Source: Candidatus Marinacidobacterium sp. (GTDB lineage Bacteria; Acidobacteriota; Vicinamibacteria; Marinacidobacterales; Marinacidobacteraceae). From it: 64,000 nt of DNA. Position 1 is the first letter of the stretch; the number at the start of each line of letters is the position of its first letter. The stretch covers positions 3,488,001 through 3,552,000 of the forward strand of contig OZ242011.1 of assembly GCA_965204755.1 (NCBI GenBank), written 5' to 3'. The position numbers were made by a program, and so were the translations under genes. Positions 58,901-61,882 of the stretch are shown in pieces. The notes under the pieces are model-generated. The model was not told the origin of the DNA. It ran no database searches and worked only from the letters and a program-made list of their open reading frames with translations.

Positions 58901-61614
58901 TGACTTTCCCGCCGGGGGACGCCGCGCGGCGGATCCCGGTCCCGGTGATCGGGGACACCGCGGCGGAAGAAGACGAGACGATCGTGGTGGAACTGAGCGA
59001 CCTGCGCGGTCTGCCCGAGGGCGGGATCAGCGTGGCCGTCGGGGTGGGCACCATCGAAGACGACGACCGGAACGGCGCCTCGACGCCGACCTTCGCCGGC
59101 GCCGGCGGGGCCCTGTCGCTGACCTGGAGGGTGGGGGTGGAGATCCCGGCCTTCGTCCTGCCGGCGGCGGAAGGGGGCGACGCGCCGATCCGCTACGAGT
59201 TGCGCCCCGCGCCGCCTGCCGGCCTGCGCCTCTCGGCGGAAACGCGAACGCTGTCCGGGACGCCGGCGGCGTTGCAGCCGGCGGCGGAGTACCGCTGGAC
59301 GGCGACCGATCGGGACGGGGACGCCGCCGAACTGGTCCTCTCGATGGCGGTGGGGCCGAACGGTCGGCCGCAGTTCGAAGTCACTTCCGGGCCCGACCTG
59401 CGGTACTGGGTGGGCCGGGCCGCTGCGGACGACCTGCCGTCGGCCGTCGGGGGCGACGGCGCGCTGCGGTACGCGGTGGCGCCGGACCTCCCGCCGGGGC
59501 TGCAGTTCGACGCGGCGGGGCCGGGGTTGAGGGGCGCGCCGACCGCGGCGCGGGAACGGCAGGTCCACACCCTGACCGCGACGGACGAGGACGGGGACCG
59601 GGCGGCGCTGCGGTTCTCGATCACGGTCGGCGCGCTCCCGAGGTTGACCGGATGGGAGGTCGTGTCGAGCCCGCGGGAGGGGGACACCTATGCCTACGGC
59701 GAAACCATCGAGTTGGAGGCGCGGCTGACCGAGCCGGTCACCTTCAACGGCGGCGTGCACTTGGCGCTCGGGATCGGCCCGACCGTGCGCCGGGTTCCGC
59801 TGGCTTCGGCGCAGGGGTCGGTGCTGCGGTTCCGCCATTCGGTGGCGGCGACGGACCGCGATCCGGACGGGGTGAGCCTCGCGGCGAACGCGGTGTCGGT
59901 CGAGGGGGAGGCGCCGGCGGCGGACCTCCGCCATGCGGCGCTGCCGGACCAGCCGGGGCACCGGGTGGACGGGGCCGCGCGGGCGGTGGGGAGCCTGCCG
60001 TCCCTGACGCTGGCGCTCGGCGGGGCGCCGGCGCAGGTTGAAGTCGCCGGGGCCTTCCGCGGGGCGACGGCGTACGCGGCGGTTTCGTCAGCGCCGGAAG
60101 TGGCTTCGGTGGCGCTCGCCGGGACGACGGCGGAGGTCACCGCGGTGTCGGAAGGGACCGCGACCGTCACGATCCGGGGGAGGAACCCCGGCGGCGTGGC
60201 GGAGCAGCGTTTCGAGGTAACGGTGGCGCCGTCGGCGGCGGAGGCGGAAGTGGTGGAGCAGGCCCTCGGGGGCTTGGGGCGGAGTCTCCTGGCGAGCGCC
60301 ACGGCGGCGGTGGGGCGCCGCCTCACCGGCGGGGGCAGCGGCGGGGGCAGCAGCAGCGAGGGCGCCGGCGAGGCCGGCGATGACCCCGGCGATGACCCCG
60401 GCGATGACACCGACGATCGGGGAGAGGTCGTGTTCACCGGGCTGCCGACCGACGACCGGCTGCGGGCGGAGGAAGCGCTCTCGACGGCGCGGGCGTTCTC
60501 GATCACCGCGCGGCGCCCGGGCGGGAGCACCCGGTGGACGATGTGGAGCGCCGGCGACCTGCAGTCGTTCCGCGGCGGCGCGGAGGAGGGCGCGTCCTAC
60601 GACGGGAGTCCGCTGAACAGTTGGATCGGCGTGGACGCGTCGCGGGGCCGGTTCCTCGCGGGGCTAGCGGTCGCGCGGACGACCGGGGAGGTGACCTACT
60701 CGTTCGCGGACGCCCCGGCCGCGGTGAGCGGCGCGGGGACGCTGGAGACGACCCTGCTGCAGGTCCATCCGTATGTCCGGTGGTCGGTGGACGAGCGGAC
60801 CCGGGTGTGGGGGCACGGCGGCGTGGGCCGCGGTTCGGCGGAGTTGACGCGCTCCGTCACCGGGAGGTCGGAAGAGTCGCGGCTCGACCTGGCGATGGGG
60901 GCGGCCGGGCTGCGCCGGGAACTGGGTTCCGGGGGCGGGGCTTCGCTGGCGCTCCGCGCGGACTTCGGCGGGGCGCGGCTGCGGGCGGGCGGAAGCGGCC
61001 TGCTGGACGGGAAGTCGGCGGCGGTCTATCGGGGCCGCCTGGGCCTGGAGGCGAGCCGGGAATTCGGCGCGGCCCGGCCGTTCCTCGAGGTCGGCGGCCG
61101 CTACGACGGCGGGGCGGGCGCGAACGGCGCCGGTCTGGAGTTGGCCGGCGGCCTGCGCATCGCGGACCGCGGGAACCGGTTCGGGGCGGAGGCGCGGGGT
61201 CGGCTGCTGGCGCTGCACACCGCGGAGGGGTACCGGGAGTCCGGGGCGGCGCTGACCGCGCGCTACGCGCCCTCCGGCGGGGAGCGCGGCCTGTCGGTGG
61301 AGGTCGGGCCGACCTGGGGCGCGCCGCCCGCGGGGGCGCAGGCGCTTTGGAGCGACCGGAACCTGGGCGAGATGCGGCCCGGAGGAGACCGGGCAGGTCA
61401 GTGGGTCGGGCGGATGAGTTACGGGTTCCCGCTGTTCACGCCGTTCACCGAAGTGACCTGGTCCGAGGCGTTGTCGCGTTCGCTCCGGGCCGGCGTCCGC
61501 CTGGGCCGCTACGGCGCCCCGGTCTATGTCGAACTCGCCGGCAGCCGCCGGCAGCAGGGCGCCGGGGAGGCCGGCTACCGCCTCGACCTCTACGGCCGCA
61601 TCCGCCTGCCGTGA
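31972..61614 (+). CDS. Giant (~9,900 aa) surface adhesin: ~77 Calx-beta-like repeats, (EP)n linker, Ig-like domains, C-terminal autotransporter-like beta-barrel
   Basis: Single open frame. Repeats show VTVDY...GTATSGTDY..GTLTF.AG.TS.TITV.V.GD..DEPDETV...GTITDDD. Hydrophobic signal-like stretch at ~32085-32150; amphipathic beta-strand C-terminus from ~60530. Start uncertain (ATG 31891/31972 or GTG 32047). Confidence 0.9.
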   Translation: MLSARGRFRGDFPRRREGSEGRRSFVQCPGRTGPSWFRIWIAVTLGVTVLVGFPAVSGEAGATPAANERERATPTDPRNAVFESSTGVGAARQAPSLSIDSPSVDEGSAGSVSLTFTVTLNPAGAEQVTVDYADAGTGTATSGADYTALVSGTLTFAPGETAKTVSASVTGDAVDEPDETVVVSLSGAVNATVGTASGTGTITDDDAQPTVTLALSRTSIAESGATNSAAVTASLDHASSEETTITVAAAAGTGAVASDFSLGGNAKLTIAAGATSSTGTVTVTAVDNSEDESDKSVTVSGTAVNSQGITQPSNVTLTVTDDDGAPSLSIGSASVTEGNGATANLTFTVSLDAASGKEVTVDYADAGTGTAASGADYTAVSAGTLTFAAGDTSKTITVSVTGDATDEPDETVVVSLSGAVNATIGTASGTGTITDDDAAPTVTLSVADASIPENGGTTTVSAVLSHASSAETTVTISPVSGGYTVGADAAITIAAGETANGADTVTITAVDDEVAGSDRSVTVTATATNGQGIGSVTGASLTLEDDDGEGGGGVGGASGSQDSGPTVSVASASVTEGDGGQTDLTLTVSLSAASDDPVTVDYADAGTGTATSGADYTALTAGTLTFTAGDTSETITVSVTGDATDEPDETVVVSLSGAVNATIGTASGTGTITDDDAAPTVTLSVADASIPENGGTTTVSAVLSHASSAETTVTVRPVSGGYTVGTDAAITIAAGETANGADTVTITAVDDEVAESDRSVTVTATATNGQGIGSVTGASLTLEDDDGEGGGAVGGASGSQDSGPTVSVAPASVTEGDGGQTDLTLTVSLSAASDDPVTVDYADAGTGTAASGADYTALTAGTLTFTAGDTSKTITVSVTGDATDEPDETVVVTLSGAVNATIGTASGTGTITDDDAAPTVTLSVADDSIPENGGTTTVSAVLSHASSAETTVTVRPVSGGYTVGADAAITIAAGETANGADTVTITAVDDEVAGSDRSVTVTATATNGQGVGSVTGASLTLEDDDGEGGGGGASGSQDDLPSLSIDSPRGQEPSTGTSEMTFTVTLSAAAEQQVTVNYRDRGTPASATSGSDYRALSPGTLTFAAGETSKTITVTILADPDDAEYAEQIHVVLSEAVNATIGTAVGVGRIADYHVPPSLSISGGSVTEGDSGAANLIFTIRLSAASSRTVRFTYSDAGTGTATSGTDYTALRSGVLTFTAGETTKTVTISVTGDTEDEPNETVVVSGSASGTSVDGRSLRATGTITNDDGPYLGIGASSVEEGDSGSANLIFTVRMTPASRDRVTVGYADAGTGTATSGTDYTPLSPGTLTFSAGETTKTITVSVIGDIAHEPDETVAVTLSGAVNAATYPATSTGTGTITNDDERPSLSIDSPRALEPETGVADLVFTVSLSAESARQITVNYRTNQLNTYTNARSGTDFQALGPGTLTFAPGQTSKKITVKVLPDTVDETDENVRIQLSNAVNATIGNGRATGVIRDRTPDVSLVISAPSVAEGDSGSADMTFTVGLSAASERYFQVEYADAGTGTATSGTDYRTLSPGTLTFYAGESTKTITVSVTGDIADEPNETVVVRLSGGPADRWIGTATGTGTITNDDRPYLGIGSSSVEEGDSGSANLIFTVRVTPASPDRVTVDYADAGTGTATSGTDYTPLSPGTLTFLAGETTKTITVTVIGDIAHEPDETVAVTLSGAVNAATYTATSTGTGTITNDDEPPSLSIDSPRAWEPETGVADLVFTVSLSAASTRQITVNYRTNQLNTYTYATSGTDFRALGLGTLTFAPGQRSKKITVKVLPDTVDEGDENVRIQLSNAVNATIGNGSATGVIRDRTPDVSLVISAPSVAEGDSGSADMTFTVGLSAASERYFQVEYADAGTGTATSGTDYTTLSPGTLTFYAGDTTKTITVSVTGDTADEPNETVVVRLSGGPADRWIGTATGTGTITNDDRPYLGIGSASVEEGDGGSANLNFTVRMTPASPDQVTVDYADAGTGTATSGTDYTALSSGTLTFPAGETTKTITVSVTGDTANEPDETVVVTLSGAVNALTYPATSTGTGTITNDDELPSLSISGGTVSEGDTGSANLVFTVSLDAASGREVTVNYADAGTGTGASGTDYAALPPGTLTFGAGDTSKQVTVRVRGDSLEEEDETVVVEISSAVNATIGTSTGTGTITNDDVKTVRLVVSPSSITESGARNSATVAAQLSESSTAETTVVVSVAAGAGAVSSDFTVSGNRTLTILAGHAGGTRALTITAVDNTTDEPDKTITVSGTATNSEGIAGPSDVTLTITDDDAEPSLSIGSATVAEGNTGSANLTYTVTLSAASGKQVTVDYEDAGTGTATSGTDYTALPSGTLTFTAGDTSETITVPVRGDTTDEPDETVVVTLSGAVNATIGTASETGTITDDDATPKVTLALSRAAVAESGTTNSTSVTASLNHPSSERTTITVSAAPGTGAAAADYRLSTQRTLTIAAGATRSTGTVTITAVDNATDAPNKSVTVSGSASNSQGVTNPSSVTLTITDDDAAPTVTLALSRSTITESGAANSATVTATLDRRSSEPTTVTVGAAASGAHTVAGDFSLSRDAKLTIAAGATSSTGTVTITAVDNTEDEADKSVTVSGTAANTQGITQPSTVTLAITDDDDAPSLSVGSASVSEGDSGSANLVFTVMLDAASGKEVTVDYAEGTGGTATSGTDYTAPGSGTLTFTAGDTSEMITVSVRGDTTDEPDETVVITLSGAVNATIGTASGTGTITDDDATPTVTLTLSRTSIAESGATNSTTVTASLNRASSQQTTITVGAAAGTGAVAGDFTLSSNAKLTIAAGTTSSTGTVTITAVDNNEDEADKSVTASGTAANTQGITQPSAVTLTITDDDDPPSLSIGSATVAEGNSGSVNLTYTVTLDAASGKEVTVGYADAGTGTATSGTDYTAITAGTLTFTAGDTSETITVSVRGDRADEPDERVVVSLSGAVNATIGTADGTGTITDDDDAPTVTLSLSPGSIAESGSTNRSAVTASLDHPSSQQTTITVAATAGTGAVSGDFTLSSNTKLTIAALATSSTGTVTITAVNNSEDEADKSVTVSGTAANTQGITQPSAVTLTIADDDDPPSLSIGSATVAEGNSGSVNLTYTVTLDAASGKEVTVGYADAGTGTATSGTDYAALTAGTLTFTAGDTSETITVSVTGDTTDEPNETVVVTLSGATNATIGTASGTGTITDDDATPTVTLSLSPASVAESGTTNSTSVTASLNHPSSERTTITVSAAPGTGAAAADYRLSTQRTLTIAAGATRSTGTVTITAVDNATDAPNKSVTVSGSASNSQGVTNPSSVTLTITDDDAAPTVTLALSRSTITESGAANSATVTATLDRRSSEPTTVTVGAAASGAHTVAGDFSLSRDAKLTIAAGATSSTGTVTITAVDNNDDERDKSVTVSGTAANSQGVTNPSALTLTITDDDVPSLSIDSPSVGEGDSGAATLTFTVTLDRESWQQVRVAYAEGAGGTATSGTDYTAPGSGTLTFTAGDTSETITVSVRSDRTDEPDETVVVALSGAVNATIGTASGTGTITDDDAAPSLSIGSARVNEGNTGSANLTFTVSLDAASGKEVTVDYEDAGTGTATSGADYAALTAGTLTFTAGDTSDSITVSVRGDTTDEPDETVVVTLSGPANASVGTASGTGTITDDDATPTVTLALSRTSIPESGATNSTTVTASLNRASSEPTTITVGAAAGTGAVAGDFSLSSNKELTIAAGATASSGTVTVTAVDNMADEADKSVTVSGTAANSQGITQPANVTLTITDDDAEPSLSIGSVSVTEGDSGQANLVFTVSLSPASGKQVTVDYAEGTGGTATSGTDYTALSAGTLTFTAGDTSETIPVSVTGDTTDEPDETVVVSLSGAVNATIGTADGTGTITDDDDAPTVTLLLSPSSIGESGATNSTTVTASLNRASSQQTTITVGAAAGAGAVAGDFTLSSNPELTIAAGATRSTGTVTVTAVDNMEDEADKSVTVSGTAANSQGITQPSDVTLTITDDDATPTVTLALSPSSVAESGATNSTTVTASLNRPSSQQTTITVGAAAGAGAVSGDFTLSSNAKLTIAAGSTSSTGTVTVTAVDNNEDEADKSVTVSGTAANSQGITQPSDVTLTITDDDATPTVTLSLSPSSVAESGATNSTTVDASLNRPSSQQTTITVGAAAGAGAVSGDFTLSSNAKLTIAAGATTSTGTVTVTAVDNSEDEADKSVTVSGTAANTQGITQPSDVTLTITDDDDAPTVTLLLSPSSIAESGATNSATVTASLDHASSEPTTITVGAAAGTGAVSGDFTLSSDPELTIAAGATSSAGTVTITAVDNTEDEADKSVTVSGSAANSQGITQPSSVTLTITDDDAEPSLSIGSVSVTEGDSGQANLVFTVSLSPASGKQVTVDYAEGTGGTATSGTDYTALSAGTLTFTAGDTSETIPVSVTGDTTDEPDETVVVSLSGAVNATIGTADGTGTITDDDDAPTVTLLLSPSSIGESGATNSTTVTASLNRASSQQTTITVGAAAGTGAVSGDFTLSSDPELTIAAGATSSAGTVTVTAVDNTEDEADKSVTVSGTAVNTQGITQPSNVTLTITDDDAEPSLSIGSVSVTEGDSGQANLVFTVSLSPASGKQVTVDYAEGTGGTGTSGTDYTALMAGTLTFTAGDTSETITVSVQGDTTDEPNETVVVSLSGAVNATIGTASVTGTITDDDDAPTVTLALSPSSIGESGATNSTTVTASLNRASSQQTTITVGAAAGAGAVAGDFSLSSNPELTIAAGATRSTGTVTVTAVDNTEDEADKSVTVSGTATNTQGITQPSDVTLTITDDDAEPSLSIGSVSVTEGDSGQANLVFTVSLSPASGKQVTVDYAEGAGGTATSGTDYTALSAGTLTFTAGDTSETIPVSVTGDTTDEPDETVVVSLSGAANATIGTADGTGTITDDDDAPTVTLLLSPSSIGESGATNSTTVTASLNRASSQQTTITVGAAAGTGAVAGDFTLSSNAKLTIAAGATSSTGTVTITAVDNTEDEADKSVTVSGTAVNSQGITQPSNVTLTITDDDDPPSLSIASPSVAEGDSGSATLTFTVSLDAASGKEVTVDYAEGTGGTATSGTDYTALPAGTLTFTAGDTSETITVSVRGDATDEPNETVLVTLSGAVNATIGTASGTGTITDDDATPTVTLALSPSSISESGTTNSATVTASLNRASSQQTTITVGAAAGAGAVAGDFSLSSNPELTIAAGATRSTGTVTVTAVDNTEDEADKSVTVSGTAVNTQGITQPSSVALTITDDDGEPSLSIGSASVTEGDSGSVNLEFTVSLSPASGKQVTVDYAEGTGGTATSGTDYTAPSAGTLTFTAGDTSETITVSVTGDTTDEPNETVVVSLSGAVNATIGTADGTGTITDDDDSPTVTLLLSPSSISESGATNRATVTASLDHASSEQTTITVGAAAGAGAVSGDFTLSSNTKLTIAAGATSSAGTVTVTAVDNTEDEADKSVTVSGTAVNTQGITQPSSVALTITDDDGEPSLSIGSASVNEGDSGSVNLEFTVSLNAASGREVTVDYAEGTGGTATGGTDYTALPAGTLTFTAGDTTETITVSVTGDATDEPDETVVVSLSGAVNATIGTASGTGTITDDDDAPTVTLALSSSSIGESGATNSTTVTASLDHASSEQTTITVGAAAGAGAVSGDFTLSSDPELTIAAGATRSTGTVTVTAVDNTEDEADKSVTVSGTAVNTQGITQPSSVTLTITDDDGAPSLSIGSASVTEGDSGQANLVFTVSLSPASGREVTVDYAEGTGGTATGGTDYTALPAGTLTFTAGDTSETITVSVTGDATDEPDETVVVSLSGAVNATIGTASGTGTITDDDDAPTVTLLLSPSSISESGATNRATVTASLDHASSEQTTITVGAAAGTGAEAGDFTLSSDPELTIAAGATRSTGTVTVTAVDNTEDEADKSVTVSGTAVNTQGITQPSNVTLTITDDDGEPSLSIGSASVAEGDSSTANLVFTVSLNAASGREVTVDYAEGTGGTATGGTDYTALPAGTLTFTAGDTSETITVSVTGDTTDEPDETVVVTLSGAVNATIGTASGTGTITDDDDAPTVTLALSPGSIGESGATNRATVTASLDHASSEDTTITVAAAAGTGAVSGDFTLSSDAKLTIAAGATSSTGAVTITAVDNTEDEADKSVTVSGTAANSQGITQPSDVTLTITDDDGAPSLSIGSASVAEGDSGSVNLEFTVSLNAASGREVTVDYAEGTGGTATSGTDYTALSAGTLTFTAGDTSETITVSVTGDTTDEPNETVVVSLSAAANATIGTADGTGTITDDDDSPTVTLLLSPSSISESGATNRATVTASLDHASSEDTTITVAAAAGTGAVSGDFTLSSDPKLTIAAGATSSTGAVTITAVDNTEDEADKSVTVSGTAVNTQGITQPSSVTLTITDDDGEPSLSIGSTSVTEGNSGQANLVFTVTLSAASGREVTVDYAEGTGGTATSGTDYTALPAGTLTFTAGDTSETITVSVTGDTTDEPNETVVVSLSGAVNATIGTADGTGTITDDDDAPTVTLALSRTSIAESGATNSTTVTASLDHASSADTTITVGVAAGTGAEATDFSLSSNTKLTIAAGTTSSTGTVTITAVDNTEDEADKSVTVSGTATNTQGITKPSDVTLTITDDDGEPSLSIGSASVNEGDSGSVNLEFTVSLNAASGREVTVDYAEGTGGTATSGTDYTALSAGTLTFTAGDTTETITVSVTGDATDEPNETVVVSLSGAVNATISTASGTGTITDDDDAPTVTLLLSPSSISESGATNRATVTASLDHASSEQTTITVGAAAGTGAEAGDFTLSSDPKLTIAAGATRSTGTVTVTAVDNTEDEADKSVTVSGTAVNTQGITQPSSVTLTITDDDGEPSLSIGSASVAEGDSSTANLVFTVSLNAASGREVTVDYAEGTGGTATSGTDYTALPAGTLTFTAGDTSETITVSVTGDTTDEPDETVVVTLSGAVNATIGTASETGTITDDDDAPTVTLLLSPSSISESGATNRATVTASLDHASSEQTTITVGAAAGTGAEAGDFTLSSDPELTIAAGATTSTGTVTVTAVDNTEDEADKSVTVSGTAANSQGITQPANVTLTITDDDGEPSLSIGSASVAEGDSSTANLVFTVSLNAASGREVTVDYAEGTGGTATGGTDYTALMAGTLTFTAGDTSETITVSVTGDTTDEPDETVVVSLSGAVNATIGTASETGTITDDDDAPTVTLALSPSSISESGATNSATVTASLDRASSEDTTITVAAAAGTGAVSGDFSLSSDPELTIAAGATSSAGTVTVTAVDNTEDEADKSVTVSGTAVNTQGITQPSSVTLTITDDDGEPSLSIGSASVNEGDSSTANLVFTVSLNAASGREVTVDYAEGTGGTATGGTDYTALMAGTLTFTAGDTSETITVSVTGDTTDEPDETVVVSLSGAVNATIGTASGTGTITDDDDAPTVTLALSPGSIGESGATNRATVTASLDHASSEDTTITVAAAAGTGAVSGDFTLSSDPKLTIAAGSTSSTGAVTITAVNNTEDEADKSVTVSGTAVNTQGITQPSSVTLTITDDDGEPSLSIGSASVNEGDSGSVNLEFTVSLNAASGKEVTVDYAEGTGSTATSGTDYTALPAGTLTFTAGDTSETIMVSVTGDTTDEPDETVVVSLSGAANATIGTADGTGTITDDDDAPTVTLLLSPSSIAESGATNRATVTVSLDHASSEQTTITVGAAAGAGAVSGDFTLSSNAKLTVAAGATSSTGTVTITAVDNAEDEADKSVTVSGAAANTQGITQPANVTLTITDDDAEPSLSIGSASVAEGDSSTADLDFTVTLDAASGKVVTVDYAEGTGGTATGGADYTALTAGTLTFTAGDTSETITVSVTGDTTDEPNETVVVSLSGAANATIGTADGTGTITDDDDTPTVTLALSRTSIPESGATNSSAVTASLDRPSSEQTTITVSAAAGTGAVAADFTLSADPKLTIAAGATSSTGTVTITAEDNGEDEADKSVTVSGAATNSHGITDPSAVTLTITDEDDPPSLSIGSASVDEGDSGSANLVFTVTLDAASGKEVTVDYAEGTGGTATSGTDYTALTAGALTFTAGDTSETITVSVTGDATDEPDETVFVELSGAENATIATASATGTITDDDDSPTVTLALSPASIAESGTANSTTITASLDHPSSEQTTITVSAAAGAGAEASDFTLGSNAKLTIAAGATTSTGTVTITAVDNTEDEADKSVTVSGSAENTQGITQPSAVTLTITDDDGAPSLSIGSATVTEGDSGSTNLTFTVTLSPASGREVTVEYADAASGTATSGADYTALTAGTLTFTAGDTSETITVSVRGDTTDESDETVVVELSNAVNATIGTGTGTGTITDDDDGPSLSIDSPSVTETDGSTADLTYTVTMDQASSQEVTVAYAEGAGGTAASGTDYTPLASGTLTFGPGATSRTITVSVTGDTADEPNETVVVTLSAPTNAVIGTGTGTGTITDDDVPLLSIGSPSAAEGNAGSSNLAFTVTLDRPSWQQVSVAYADAGTGTATSGTDYAALAPGTLTFAAGETGKTVAVSITGDTTAEANETVRVTLSGAVNAAIGTATGTGTIRNDDAPVLSIDSPRVDEGDSGQANLVFTVSLTPAASQQVTVAYADAGTGTATSGTDYAALAAGTLSFAPGDTGRQVTVSVTGDTAAETDETVVVSLSGASGAAIVMGTGTGTIRDDDSLPVLSIDSPSVTEGDAGSTALTFTVSLSRASAQPVQVDYADAGTGTATAGSDYTALSAGTATFPAGETRRRITVPVVGDTEAEGNETVRVTLSGAVNATIGAATGIGTIVGDDAPTVDTEPEPEPEPEPEPEPEPEPEPSGPPTVSIDSPRVVEPDEGTADLVFTVSLSAPAPREVTVGYRVLDTGTAGPSDYVAPGPGTLTFPPGDAARRIPVPVIGDTAAEEDETIVVELSDLRGLPEGGISVAVGVGTIEDDDRNGASTPTFAGAGGALSLTWRVGVEIPAFVLPAAEGGDAPIRYELRPAPPAGLRLSAETRTLSGTPAALQPAAEYRWTATDRDGDAAELVLSMAVGPNGRPQFEVTSGPDLRYWVGRAAADDLPSAVGGDGALRYAVAPDLPPGLQFDAAGPGLRGAPTAARERQVHTLTATDEDGDRAALRFSITVGALPRLTGWEVVSSPREGDTYAYGETIELEARLTEPVTFNGGVHLALGIGPTVRRVPLASAQGSVLRFRHSVAATDRDPDGVSLAANAVSVEGEAPAADLRHAALPDQPGHRVDGAARAVGSLPSLTLALGGAPAQVEVAGAFRGATAYAAVSSAPEVASVALAGTTAEVTAVSEGTATVTIRGRNPGGVAEQRFEVTVAPSAAEAEVVEQALGGLGRSLLASATAAVGRRLTGGGSGGGSSSEGAGEAGDDPGDDPGDDTDDRGEVVFTGLPTDDRLRAEEALSTARAFSITARRPGGSTRWTMWSAGDLQSFRGGAEEGASYDGSPLNSWIGVDASRGRFLAGLAVARTTGEVTYSFADAPAAVSGAGTLETTLLQVHPYVRWSVDERTRVWGHGGVGRGSAELTRSVTGRSEESRLDLAMGAAGLRRELGSGGGASLALRADFGGARLRAGGSGLLDGKSAAVYRGRLGLEASREFGAARPFLEVGGRYDGGAGANGAGLELAGGLRIADRGNRFGAEARGRLLALHTAEGYRESGAALTARYAPSGGERGLSVEVGPTWGAPPAGAQALWSDRNLGEMRPGGDRAGQWVGRMSYGFPLFTPFTEVTWSEALSRSLRAGVRLGRYGAPVYVELAGSRRQQGAGEAGYRLDLYGRIRLP
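45155..57280 (+). repeat. Intragenic tandem repeat with exact 693-bp (231-aa, two-domain) period, ~17.5 units
   Basis: Antisense shadow-ORF ends recur at 45312, 46005, 46698 ... 56400, 57093, i.e. 18 positions exactly 693 bp apart. Confidence 0.95.
58656..58716 (+). repeat. (Glu-Pro)x10 rigid linker, 6-bp repeat
   Basis: GAGCCG/GAGCCC/GAACCC tandem run. Confidence 0.9.
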
Positions 61615-61835
61615 CAGCCCGCGGCAAAAGCGCCCCGCCCTCCGCTCCTCGACCGGAGCGGCGCCAAGTCCGCGTTCGGTTTCGCGGCGGGGCGCTCTTC
61701 CCGCGGGCCGGCGGCGCGAATCGCTGCGCGATTCCCCCCGCCATCTATCGCGGGGAGGGGCCACCCGCTCCCCGCACCCCTCCCCGGTCGGCGCTTCGCG
61801 CCGACGAGCGCGCCCCGGACTTTCTCCACGGGCTG
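61615..61835. mobile_element. MITE-like ~220-bp element, copy 2, with terminal inverted repeats
   Basis: Left end CAGCCCGCGGCAAAAG versus reverse complement of right end CAGCCCGTGGAGAAAG. Internal hairpins; lies between convergent genes. Confidence 0.72.
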
Positions 61836-61882
61836 CTGACGGCTTGCCGGGCGACGTCCGGGGCGGGCGTCCGACCGGTTCC

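Noticed and set aside
32406-60530. Numerous periodic minus-strand and alternate-frame ORFs within the giant gene (e.g. 38218..43854, 52357..56193)
   Set aside because: Antisense or frame shadows of a repetitive, GC-rich coding sequence; used only as markers of periodicity.
31972-61614. Diversity-generating retroelement or RTX/type I secretion system linked to the adhesin
   Set aside because: No reverse transcriptase, no adenine-specific TR/VR pair, and no GGxGxD nonapeptides or ABC/HlyD genes in the window.
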